A stretch of 40,018 bases of DNA from Verrucomicrobiaceae bacterium (lineage in GTDB: Bacteria > Verrucomicrobiota > Verrucomicrobiia > Verrucomicrobiales > Verrucomicrobiaceae). A program made the translations under genes and the position numbers. Under the pieces are notes generated by a model, which saw nothing but the letters and a program-made list of their open reading frames with translations, was not told where the DNA came from and did not search any database. The stretch is from positions 1 to 40,018 of the forward strand of contig CAXNNN010000001.1 in assembly GCA_964203095.1 (NCBI GenBank), given 5' to 3'. Positions within the stretch are counted from its first letter, which is position 1. Each line of letters starts with the position of its first letter. This document shows positions 18,544-26,941 of this stretch, one piece after another.

Positions 18544-19485
18544 ATGCGTGTTCTTTTCATCGGCACAGGCGACATCGGCCTACCCGCACTCGACTGGTTG
18601 CTTTCGACAACGAAGCACCAAGTCGTCGGTGTCATCACTCAGCCCGACAAGCCCGTGGGCCGGAAGTTGGTGCTGACCCCCCCCGAAGTGAAAGTGCATG
18701 CCCTGGCCGCGGGCGTGCCGGTGATTCAGCCCGAGCGCTTGCGCCGTGCGGTCGATGAAGTGAAGGCCTTCGATGCCGACATCGCCGTGGTCATCGCGTA
18801 TGGGCAAATCTTGAGCAAGGCAGTGCTCGATGCGCCACGACTGGGCTGCATCAATGTCCATGCCTCGCGGCTGCCGAAGTATCGTGGAGCAGCGCCCATT
18901 CAGGCGGCCATTCGGGCGGGCGACGCCGAGACCGGCCTCACGATCATGTTCATGGATGAAGGCCTCGACACTGGCGACATCTTGCTCATCGAACGCATGA
19001 CCATCGCGGCCGATGAAACCGGCGGCTCGCTGCATGACCGGCTCGCACTTGCTGCCCCTGCGGCGCTTGAAAAGGCGCTCGACCTGCTCGCCTCTGGCCA
19101 GCCGCCCCGCACACCGCAAGACAACGCGCTAGCCACGCATGTGGGCAAGCTCACCCGCGAGCACGGACACCTCGACTGGTCCCAAAGCGCTACCCAAATC
19201 GAGCGCACCGTGCGTGCCTACACACCCTGGCCCGGCACCTTCACACGCTTGCCCGATGGCTCGCCGCTGAAGGTTCAATCCACGCGTGTGGTGCCCGATG
19301 CCGAAGCCTGCCCCGATGCGGGCACCATCGTCACCGCCGATCCCAAGCAAGGCATGATCATCGCCTGCGGCCAAGGCTTGCTCGCACTTACCGTGGTGCA
19401 GCCAGAAAGCCGCAAGCGCATGAGCGCCGTTGATTATCTGCGTGGTCACGGCGCAGGGTTAGGAGTCGGCGCACGTCTGGAGTAG
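18544..19485 (+). CDS. fmt: methionyl-tRNA formyltransferase
   Basis: MRVLFIGTGDIGLPAL..., HASRLPKYRGAAPIQAAI, and a C-terminal Fmt domain. Confidence 0.9.
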   Translation: MRVLFIGTGDIGLPALDWLLSTTKHQVVGVITQPDKPVGRKLVLTPPEVKVHALAAGVPVIQPERLRRAVDEVKAFDADIAVVIAYGQILSKAVLDAPRLGCINVHASRLPKYRGAAPIQAAIRAGDAETGLTIMFMDEGLDTGDILLIERMTIAADETGGSLHDRLALAAPAALEKALDLLASGQPPRTPQDNALATHVGKLTREHGHLDWSQSATQIERTVRAYTPWPGTFTRLPDGSPLKVQSTRVVPDAEACPDAGTIVTADPKQGMIIACGQGLLALTVVQPESRKRMSAVDYLRGHGAGLGVGARLE

Positions 19486-19577
19486 CAACCGAATCTTCCT
19501 GAGCTTATTCGGTGTTCACACTTCAACGTGTCCTTGCTTGAGGTCATGAAACGCTGAGTCGTGAGCACCGAACTCAG

Positions 19578-20234
19578 TCATGGACTCAACCGCTCGCGCT
19601 GCCACGCGCCATCGAGCAAGCGATAGCGCAACCGGTCGTGCAGGCGGCTGTGGCGACCTTGCCAGAACTCGATCTCGTCAGGCACCAAGACATAGCCGCC
19701 CCAGAACTCTGGGCAGGGAACGGGCTGGCCTTCGGGGAAGAGCTTTTTCAGTTCCTCGGCGCGGCCTTCGAGCCAGGCGCGGTCGGGAATGACATCGCTT
19801 TGCTTGGACGCCCAGGCTCCGATTTGGTGGCCGTAGGGCCGCACAGCGAAGTAGCGCTCGGCTTCGGCACGCGGCAGCTTTTGCACCACACCCTGCACGC
19901 CGACCTGGCGCTGCTGGGCGGTCCAGAGAAAGCTCAGTGCGGCGCGGGGATGACGCTGCAATTCGTGACCTTTGCGGCTTTCGTAGTTGGTGAAGAAGCT
20001 GAAGCCTCGCTCATCCAACTGTTTCAGCAGAACGGTTCGCACGTTCGGCGCACCATCGGCACCGATCGTCGCCAGCGACATGGCATTCGGCTCCGGCAGC
20101 TTCTGCGCCACGGCATCGGCCAGCCAGAGATGAAACAAGTCAATGGGCGACTCGTGGGCGAGGTCCTCGACCAGTTCGCCGAGTTCATAGCTCACGCGCA
20201 TGTCGTGCAGGTTGGGTTTGTCTTGAGGATTCAT
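19578..20234 (-). CDS. pdxH: pyridoxamine 5'-phosphate oxidase
   Basis: ORF 19578..20264, start moved to ATG 20234 (MNPQDKPNL). Characteristic C-terminus IEFWQGRHSRLHDRLRY. Confidence 0.9.
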   Translation of the reverse strand: MNPQDKPNLHDMRVSYELGELVEDLAHESPIDLFHLWLADAVAQKLPEPNAMSLATIGADGAPNVRTVLLKQLDERGFSFFTNYESRKGHELQRHPRAALSFLWTAQQRQVGVQGVVQKLPRAEAERYFAVRPYGHQIGAWASKQSDVIPDRAWLEGRAEELKKLFPEGQPVPCPEFWGGYVLVPDEIEFWQGRHSRLHDRLRYRLLDGAWQRERLSP

Positions 20235-20267
20235 CGCGGTTAGAAAACGCTGAACAGTGCACACGAG

Positions 20268-20849
20268 TTGCCTGCACTGCCAATGTCCAATCTTGTGCCA
20301 ATCATGTCCGTCTCCCTCACCGGTATCCTTTCCGATCTCGACCGTGTGCTGCTCGGTGCGTCCGCTATCCAGGCACGGGTTGCAGCGATGGCCGATGAAG
20401 TGCAGCGCGAGTTCGCTGGCAAGCTAATCACCGTCATCGCCATCATGGACGGCGGTCTCTTCTTTGTCGCCGATTTGCTGCGTGGCATCGACCTGCCCAT
20501 GCGCCTGATCACCATGGGCGCGAGCAGCTACCACGGCACGACCACCAGCAGCGGCGAGGTGAAATTCCAATGGCCCGCGACGCTGAAGTTGCAAGGGCAG
20601 CACGTGCTGCTGCTGGATGACATTTTAGACACTGGCCTGACGCTGGGTGCCCTGCAAGACCGACTGAAGCAAGAGGGCGCAGCCACGATCAAGACTGGCG
20701 TGTTGCTCAAAAAACGCCGCGAGCATGTGCGGGAAGTGCAGGCCGATTACGTCGGCTTCGAGATCGCGGATGAGTTTGTCGTCGGCTACGGCATGGACTA
20801 CCAAGGCCGCTTCCGCAATCTGCCGTGCATTGGGATTCTGAAACCATGA
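20268..20849 (+). CDS. hpt: hypoxanthine phosphoribosyltransferase
   Basis: PRPP motif VLLLDDILDTGLTL and C-terminal DEFVVGYGMDYQGRFRNLPCIG. In-frame alternative ATG starts at 20283 and 20304 are equally plausible. Confidence 0.85.
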   Translation: MPALPMSNLVPIMSVSLTGILSDLDRVLLGASAIQARVAAMADEVQREFAGKLITVIAIMDGGLFFVADLLRGIDLPMRLITMGASSYHGTTTSSGEVKFQWPATLKLQGQHVLLLDDILDTGLTLGALQDRLKQEGAATIKTGVLLKKRREHVREVQADYVGFEIADEFVVGYGMDYQGRFRNLPCIGILKP

Positions 20850-21091
20850 AACTGCGCGTGCTATTCTTCTCAGTGCTGCGTGACCTGACCGGCCATAACG
20901 AAGTCGTTATGGATAGTGAAGGCTGCACCACGGTAAATGATTTGCTGTTCATGCTGTTCGCCAAATGGCCCAAGCTCGAAGAATGGGATGCCAGCCTATT
21001 CATCGCTATCGATCAAACCTATGTGAAGCGCGACACTCCGCTGCACGATGGTGCCGAGATCGCGATCATGCCACCGGTGCAAGGAGGCTAA
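20846..21091 (+). CDS. moaD: MoaD/ThiS-family sulfur-carrier protein (ends in Gly-Gly)
   Basis: MKLRVLFFSVLRDLTG...DGAEIAIMPPVQGG* is a classical MoaD layout. The ATG overlaps the hpt stop (ATGA at 20846-20849). Confidence 0.75.
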   Translation: MKLRVLFFSVLRDLTGHNEVVMDSEGCTTVNDLLFMLFAKWPKLEEWDASLFIAIDQTYVKRDTPLHDGAEIAIMPPVQGG

Positions 21092-21092
21092 C

Positions 21093-21185
21093 GCAAATGA
21101 CGAATGACGGAATGACGAAGGACGAAGGAGGGGCTCCGAACGAAGCTTCTGATTCGTCATTGGTCATCGGTCATTGGTCATTTGC
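21093..21185. repeat. long imperfect palindrome built from TGACGAA (left arm) and TTGGTCA/TCGGTCA (right arm) heptamers
   Basis: Left arm GCAAATGACGAATGACGGAATGACGAAGGACGAAGG, right arm CTTCTGATTCGTCATTGGTCATCGGTCATTGGTCATTTGC. The stem is about 34 bp, with mismatches recurring at the same place in each heptamer. It shares the AATGACG/CGTCATT word with the element at 8497-8570. Confidence 0.8.
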
Positions 21186-22257
21186 GAACGCCCCTTGTCC
21201 TTTCTTGCCCGAGATCGACCGCATCTACAAAGCAGCGGATGTTCATGCGCTGGGCACGGATCGCGGGCCATTGTTTTATGAGACCTCGTTGTGCTACGCG
21301 CAGTCGCAGTGGCGGGTGGGCTTGCCTGCGCAGGCGATGCTGCAACTGAACCGTGCGCTGGCGTGCTGCTTGAAGGCGGACGAGCCAATGCTGCATCGCT
21401 GGCCGCTGCCCTACACGGCGATGGCTTGGATCATTCAGCAGCGGCCTGAGGGTCAATTCATCGGCAATCCGCGACGACATTTTCAACATCTCGCCACACG
21501 CATGGTCCAGCCGCACAAGGAGCTGCGAACTTGGCGCGCGTGGGCGTGCTGGTATCTGTCCAAGGTTTTGCTGCCGGAGGAGGAACATCCGGCGGATTGG
21601 AAGCAGATTCGACAGGAGGGCGTGGTCGAGCCGACCTTCCGCCAGATTCGCGAGCAACTGCGTTCGCTATCGCCTGCCAACGATGAAGCGAAGTGGTTGG
21701 AGGCACTGGCTTGGGCGGGCTTTGCCATTCCAAAGGCGAGCGGTGCCACCTTTGAACTCGTCGGCACCGAGCAACTACATGTGGTGCATGAACTGGCCCA
21801 CGCCATCTGGCCACGCGTGTATCCCGGCATTATCAGCGAGGCTCAGATCGACTACATGCTGCGCCAGCGCTACGACTTGGACGTGTTGCGTGCGGATGTG
21901 GAGAAGGGTATGTGTTACGCGCTGATTCACAGTGATGATCAAAACGTCGGCTTCATCGCTTTCGAACCACGCACGCATGAGGACGAAGCCTTCCTGCACA
22001 AGCTCTACGTTCTGCCGGAAACGGCGGGTCAAGGCATGGGCGCAGCAGCCTTGAACTGGGTCAGCGAACAAGCCGCGTCGCATGAACTCAAGCGGCTGCG
22101 GCTGTTCGTGAATAAGCACAATGTGCGGGCCGTTCGTGCTTACCTGCGCAACGGCTTCATCTTCGATCGGGATGTCATCACGGACATCGGCGAGGGCTTT
22201 GTGATGGATGACTTCGTGATGGTGAAGCACCTGGAACCGGTTAAGGGTGAGTCGTGA
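21097..22257 (+). CDS. fusion protein: unknown ~210-aa N-terminal domain plus C-terminal GNAT acetyltransferase domain
   Basis: ORF 20965..22257, whose first 44 codons overlap moaD. The next in-frame ATG is 21097, inside the hairpin repeat, and the next after that is much further in. GNAT region: VGFIAFEP...LHKLYVLPETAGQGMGAAAL...RAYLRNGF. The start is uncertain; an in-frame TTG lies at 21160. Confidence 0.65.
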   Translation: MTNDGMTKDEGGAPNEASDSSLVIGHWSFANAPCPFLPEIDRIYKAADVHALGTDRGPLFYETSLCYAQSQWRVGLPAQAMLQLNRALACCLKADEPMLHRWPLPYTAMAWIIQQRPEGQFIGNPRRHFQHLATRMVQPHKELRTWRAWACWYLSKVLLPEEEHPADWKQIRQEGVVEPTFRQIREQLRSLSPANDEAKWLEALAWAGFAIPKASGATFELVGTEQLHVVHELAHAIWPRVYPGIISEAQIDYMLRQRYDLDVLRADVEKGMCYALIHSDDQNVGFIAFEPRTHEDEAFLHKLYVLPETAGQGMGAAALNWVSEQAASHELKRLRLFVNKHNVRAVRAYLRNGFIFDRDVITDIGEGFVMDDFVMVKHLEPVKGES

Positions 22258-23384
22258 TCGAAAAGCCCCCCATCGCCCTTGAATCGTTGCTCGCGCTGAC
22301 ACAGGAGCAGCTCACCACCGTGCTCAAGTCCTGGGGCGAACCGGCCTTCCGCGCCAAGCAAATCCAGGAGTGGCTCTACAAGCATCGCGTCACAGACTTC
22401 GATGCGATGAAGAACCTCAGCGTGGCCTTGCGGCAGAAGCTTGCGGAAAATTACACACCGCGCAGCATGACCTACAGCAGCGTCACAGGATCGGAGGACA
22501 CGACGCGCAAATACTTGTTCAAGCTGCACGACGGCCGCTATGTCGAGACCGTGCTAATCCCGGCGAACCCTTCGCTCTACGGCGGCGCTTCGGATCGGCT
22601 GACTCTGTGCGTGAGCAGTCAAGTGGGCTGCGCGTATGATTGCAAATTCTGCGCCAGTGGCCTAGCCGGCTTCACTCGCAATCTGAGCGCAGGCGAGATC
22701 GTGGAGCAGATCGTGCAGGTAGAGGCACTGGCCAAGGACCGTATCGACAATCTGGTCTTCATGGGCATGGGCGAGCCTATGGCGAACTACACGAACGTGA
22801 CCACGGCCATCGAGATTCTGAACGCACCCTGGGGCGTGGGCATTGGGGCACGGCACATGACGCTGAGCACGAGCGGCGTGGCACCGAACATCCGCAAGCT
22901 GGCGGACTTCCCGCTGCAAGTGCGGCTGGCGATCAGCCTGCACGGTGCCAGCGACGAGGTGCGGGAAAAGATCATGCCAGTGAACCGCAAGTATCCGCTC
23001 AATGAGCTGTTCGATGCGCTGCGTGAATGGCACGCGAAGCGGAAGCAGCACCTGACCTTTGAATACATACTCATCGAAGGCGTGAACGATGATCTGGAGC
23101 AAGCGCACTTGCTGGCGAAACGCGCCAAGCCACTGCACGCAAAGGTGAATCTGATTCCCTACAACACGGTGGAAGGTCTGCACTGGACTCGCCCCAGCGA
23201 GCGGCAGCAGGATGCCTTTCAAGAAGTGCTCTTGAATGCAGGTGTGACCGCCACCCTACGACGCGAGAAGGGTCACGACATTGCTGCAGCCTGCGGGCAA
23301 CTCCGCCTGAAGCAAGAGACTGACGAGGGCATCATCGACTCAATGATTCCTGCAAAGCGCATCACGATCGGTGCAGGTGTTTGA
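22254..23384 (+). CDS. rlmN: 23S rRNA/tRNA adenine-C2 methyltransferase RlmN (radical SAM)
   Basis: CxxxCxxC cluster motif GCAYDCKFCASG, MGMGEP, and C-terminal AACGQL. GTG start overlaps the preceding stop (GTGA). Confidence 0.9.
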   Translation: MIEKPPIALESLLALTQEQLTTVLKSWGEPAFRAKQIQEWLYKHRVTDFDAMKNLSVALRQKLAENYTPRSMTYSSVTGSEDTTRKYLFKLHDGRYVETVLIPANPSLYGGASDRLTLCVSSQVGCAYDCKFCASGLAGFTRNLSAGEIVEQIVQVEALAKDRIDNLVFMGMGEPMANYTNVTTAIEILNAPWGVGIGARHMTLSTSGVAPNIRKLADFPLQVRLAISLHGASDEVREKIMPVNRKYPLNELFDALREWHAKRKQHLTFEYILIEGVNDDLEQAHLLAKRAKPLHAKVNLIPYNTVEGLHWTRPSERQQDAFQEVLLNAGVTATLRREKGHDIAAACGQLRLKQETDEGIIDSMIPAKRITIGAGV

Positions 23385-23394
23385 TGATTGTTCA

Positions 23395-24395
23395 CGCTAG
23401 AGCCAATTAAATATTAGTATAACCACAAGTGGCAAAGTAACCAGCGGCATTGTTAGTCGTGATTTTTGAGAACGCCTGGCTGATGGCTCGGTCGAGTTCT
23501 TGGGGTGTGCGTGCTTCGGCACTGCGCAGTGAAGCCTTGATCTTGCTCCACATTTTCTCGATGGGGTTGAGGTCAGGCGAGTAAGCAGGGAGCAACCGCA
23601 CTTCGGCTCCCACAGCTTGATCCAGGGCGACAACTTGAGGGCTCTTATGCACCGAAAGGTTGTCCATCACCACGATGTCACCCTGCTTGATTGTCGGGCA
23701 GAGCACTTCCCCGATGTAGGTGAGGAAGGCCGCTGTGTCAGCGGCTCCCGGCAGGTGCATGCAGGCAGTGGTGCCATCCAGCCGGATGGAGGAGATCATC
23801 GTGGTGCTCTGCCAACGCCCGCATGGCGCTGCGGCGTGCAACCGGCGACCTCTCTGGGCTCTGCCGCGTAGCCGGGTCATGTTAGTCTTCGCCCCGCTTT
23901 CATCAAGGAAGACGAGCCTCCAGGGCTCTAGCCCGCCTTGTTTGCGCTTCCAGCGCCGCCGCGCCTTGCGGACGTCTTCGCGGTCTTGTTCGGCGGCGCA
24001 GAGCGTCTTTTTTTATCTGTCAGCCCTATGTCCACGAGCAAGTAGTAGATCGCAGGCAGCGGGCACTCCAGACCCAGGGCTTCGCGCTGTTCGACCAGCG
24101 TCATGTCGGGCTTGCGCTTGAGGTGCTTGCGAATGGCGATGCGGTGCTAGGCTACAATGCGCTTTTTGCGCCCGGCGAGATGGTGCCGGGCCTTGATGCA
24201 GCCGGTCTTCTAGCGCTGCTGCAACAGCTTCTTGACCATGCCAAGGGAAACGCGAAAGCACTGCACGATCTCATCACGGGTGCCTTCGCCTTGGTCACAC
24301 GCACTCACGATGCGTTCATGTAAATCAAGGGATAGAGTGGCCTTGGTTCTTCATAGCATGCCTTTTATTTTAGGATTTATATTTTTTTAAATACT
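23395..24395 (-). mobile_element. IS630/Tc1-mariner-family insertion sequence, degenerate; boundaries approximate
   Basis: Contains the broken transposase listed next. Both ends are conspicuously AT-rich relative to the flanks (TTAAATATTAGTATAA at the left, TTTTATTTTAGGATTTATATTTTTTTAAATA at the right). I could not define clean terminal inverted repeats. Confidence 0.7.
23407..24354 (-). pseudogene. IS630-family DDE transposase, inactivated
   Basis: The catalytic half is intact as ORF 23407..23880 (VVMDNLSVHK, LLPAYSPDLNPIEKMWSKIK). The upstream HTH half (..SLDLHERIVSACDQGEGTRDEIVQCFRVSLGMVKKLLQQR*KTG..IVA*HR..) carries in-frame TAG codons at 24210-24212 and 24147-24149, plus a frameshift right after MKNQGHS. 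An A7 run (24008-24014) joins the two halves in -1 register. Confidence 0.8.
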
Positions 24396-24800
24396 CAAGT
24401 CGCCGCCTCGGGTGGCTTGGGTGAGCAGGCTGCTAGCAGGAGCAGCGTGGTGAGAGCGGTGGGGGTTTTCATGATCCAGGGGGGATTCAGACGCCAGGGG
24501 CAGGGGGCGAGACCGGCAGCGAAAATGTCCACGCAAGTGGCGACATACTGGTCGGGGGTGTAGCCTTCACTGCACCCAGCGGTGATGCGCAACATGCCGC
24601 CGAACAACATGCCTGTGAGCGAGTTGGCAGCGACACCGAGATCAATGCCCTTGCGAATCCGGCGCGACCTTGCGCGCGGCCTCGAGGTTGGCGACGAAGC
24701 GGGCGCGCACGGGTCGCACTCCATGATGATCATTTTGGCATGGTCGGGAGCCGTTTTGCTTCACCGACCATGGTGCGCGTGAAGGCTTCGTCTCGCACCA
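24395..24800 (-). pseudogene. remnant locus: C-terminal third of a TetR-family regulator (frameshifted) plus a 25-codon lipoprotein signal stub
   Basis: Minus-strand frames give ..FTRTMVGEAKRLP.. / ..VRPVRARFVANLEAARKV.. / ..IRKGIDLGVAANSLTGMLFGGML.. in three different frames, with no HTH domain. Then comes MKTPTALTTLLLLAACSPKPPEAAT* (lipobox LAAC), terminating at the IS junction. Confidence 0.6.
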
Positions 24801-24815
24801 TTATGGCGTAGATAC

Positions 24816-24835
24816 ATGCAAGTGCTTGCTTGCAT
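24816..24835. promoter_or_regulatory. 20-bp palindrome ATGCAAG-N6-CTTGCAT, candidate operator
   Basis: Perfect 7-bp inverted repeat in the spacer between the TetR remnant and the usp operon. Confidence 0.4.
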
Positions 24836-24952
24836 TCGGCAAAATGAAAATTTCACTCCGATAACTGAAGGGGCTGGCTGGGCAGCAAGAAGCGTCCATA
24901 GGCGCGCAAGTCAGGAGTGGAGAATGCGTCCAAAGGTCTGTAGAGTGAAGGT

Positions 24953-25864
24953 ATGAAAATCTTTCGCCATCTAGTGGTCGCCATCGACTTTACCCCTTCC
25001 TGTCGCAGAGCGTTGCGTGAGGCGGCGCGACGCGCCTCGCTCGATGAAGCGAAGATCACCGCAGTGCATGTCATGGAAGAGTTCCTGGTGCATGAGCTGA
25101 AAAAGGCTCTATCAACAACAGAGGCCGTGGTGCGTGCTGAATGGGAGGCGAGGCTACGCAAGTTTGTTGACGATTCAGACGTGGGTGGCGGCCTTGTGAA
25201 GACCGAGGTGCGCGTGGGGCATCCGTTTGGTCAGTTGGTGGAGGCTTGCTACACTCACAAGGCGGACCTGCTGGTGATGGGGGTGCGGGGTTCTAAAGAC
25301 CAGCCGAATCGTGTAGGTGCCATCGTGGCGAAGTGCATTCGTCGTGCTCCGGTGGATGTGTTAGTAGTGCAGGAAGAGTCGTTGTCGCCTTTCAAGCGTG
25401 TGGTCACCTGCGTGGACTTCTCGGAGAACTCGGCCAAGGCCGTGCAGTGCGCGCTGCATGTGGCCCAGCAGGACGGTGCGGCGCTCGACTGCCTGCATGT
25501 CTACCAGTCGGCGCTGGCCATGGCCATGGACTATGGTGGCTTCGTCACTACCATGCCCGCTCCTGTGCTGGAAGAGGAAGGCGGGCATTCGTGGCAGATG
25601 CAGCTGGATGACTTTCTGGAACCGCTGCTGCGTAAGGCTGACGGAACGATCGTCCAGAAGATGGTGGTGGAGCAGACCAATGTTCGTCAGGGCTTGCTGG
25701 ACTTCGCGAAGCTCAGCGGTGCCGATTTGGTCGTGCTTGGGACCACGGGCAAGGGGTCGCTGCGACACATGTTGATTGGCACCACGGCGGAGAAGATCGT
25801 GCAGCAAGCACCGTGCTCTTTGCTGGTGGTGAAGCCAGATGACTTTGAGATTCAGCCTGACTGA
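24953..25864 (+). CDS. tandem universal stress protein (two UspA domains)
   Basis: Two repeats of the Usp pattern: HLVVAIDF...DLLVMGVRG... and RVVTCVDFS...DLVVLGTTGKGSLRHMLIGTTAEKIVQQAPCSLLVV. Confidence 0.85.
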   Translation: MKIFRHLVVAIDFTPSCRRALREAARRASLDEAKITAVHVMEEFLVHELKKALSTTEAVVRAEWEARLRKFVDDSDVGGGLVKTEVRVGHPFGQLVEACYTHKADLLVMGVRGSKDQPNRVGAIVAKCIRRAPVDVLVVQEESLSPFKRVVTCVDFSENSAKAVQCALHVAQQDGAALDCLHVYQSALAMAMDYGGFVTTMPAPVLEEEGGHSWQMQLDDFLEPLLRKADGTIVQKMVVEQTNVRQGLLDFAKLSGADLVVLGTTGKGSLRHMLIGTTAEKIVQQAPCSLLVVKPDDFEIQPD

Positions 25865-25873
25865 CTGTGACGC

Positions 25874-26941
25874 ATGGCTGAAGACAAAGAGACCATAGAT
25901 GACGTGCGTGCAGCGCTGGAGGCCAGCGAGATGCGAGTGCACGGTATTCTGGAGACCGCCGTGAATGCCATCATCACGATCAGTGATCGTGGCATCATCG
26001 AAACCGTGAATGAAGCCACGGTCATTATCTTCGGCTATGAGCGGGATGAGATGATCGGACAGAATGTGTCAATGCTGATGCCCTCGCCGTATCGCGAGCA
26101 GCATGACGGCTACCTCGGCAATTACCATCGCACTGCCGAACGTAAAATCATTGGGATAGGGCGTGAGGCTTTGGCGCAGCGTAAAGACGGCACACTGTTC
26201 CCGATTGATCTCTCTGTGGGTCAAGTGGACCTGCCTCAGGGACGCATCTACACGGGTATCATTCGCGATCTTTCGGAGCGCAAGGAGTTGGAAGAGAAGA
26301 TTCTTTCGATCAGCGAGGAGGAGCAGTCACGCATTGGGCAGGACATCCATGATGATCTATGCCAGCAACTGGCGGCCATTGGCTGCTTATCCAAGGTTGT
26401 TTATCAGCGACTCACCGCCAGCAATGTCCCCGAGGCGCTGCAACTGGCCGAGATTACAAGGTTGATCACCAGTGCCAATGTGCGTGCACGTGAAATGTCG
26501 CGTGGACTTATGCCTGTGGTTCTGGACGCGGAAGGTCTGATGGCGGCGCTGGCGGATCTAGCCAGCGGGACTGAGCGTATCTTCCGTGTGTCATGCCCGT
26601 TTCGTTGTGATCCCCCCGTTCAAGTGAATGACAACAAGGTCGCCACACAATTTTTCCGCATTGCTCAGGAAGCGGTGGCAAATGCGATCAAGCACAGCAA
26701 AGCCGACCGCATTGAGATTACTCTGGCGCTAGTTAAAGGCATGATCTCCCTGACCATTCGGGACAATGGTGTAGGCATCCCGGATCACTCGCCAGGCAAG
26801 GGGACTGGGATGGGCTTGCTGACCATGAGTCATCGTGCACGAATGGTGAGTGGATCGCTGACGATTGAGCCGGAACAGTATGGTGGCACCGTGGTTTGCT
26901 GCACAGCACACGCTCCGCCCAACATGATGGAACTGCCATGA
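25874..26941 (+). CDS. cytoplasmic PAS-domain sensor histidine kinase (HisKA_3 / NarL-partner type)
   Basis: PAS region (AIITISDRGIIETVNEATVIIFGYERDEMIGQNV), H-box IHDDLCQQLAAI, and ATPase motifs NAIKHSKA, RDNGVGIP, GMGLLTM. No TM segments. Confidence 0.85.
   Translation: MAEDKETIDDVRAALEASEMRVHGILETAVNAIITISDRGIIETVNEATVIIFGYERDEMIGQNVSMLMPSPYREQHDGYLGNYHRTAERKIIGIGREALAQRKDGTLFPIDLSVGQVDLPQGRIYTGIIRDLSERKELEEKILSISEEEQSRIGQDIHDDLCQQLAAIGCLSKVVYQRLTASNVPEALQLAEITRLITSANVRAREMSRGLMPVVLDAEGLMAALADLASGTERIFRVSCPFRCDPPVQVNDNKVATQFFRIAQEAVANAIKHSKADRIEITLALVKGMISLTIRDNGVGIPDHSPGKGTGMGLLTMSHRARMVSGSLTIEPEQYGGTVVCCTAHAPPNMMELP

Noticed and set aside
20965-21096. The N-terminal extension of the GNAT-fusion ORF starting at ATG 20965.
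   Set aside because: It would overlap almost the whole moaD gene in another frame, and its translation (MAQARRMGCQPIHRYRS..) has no features.
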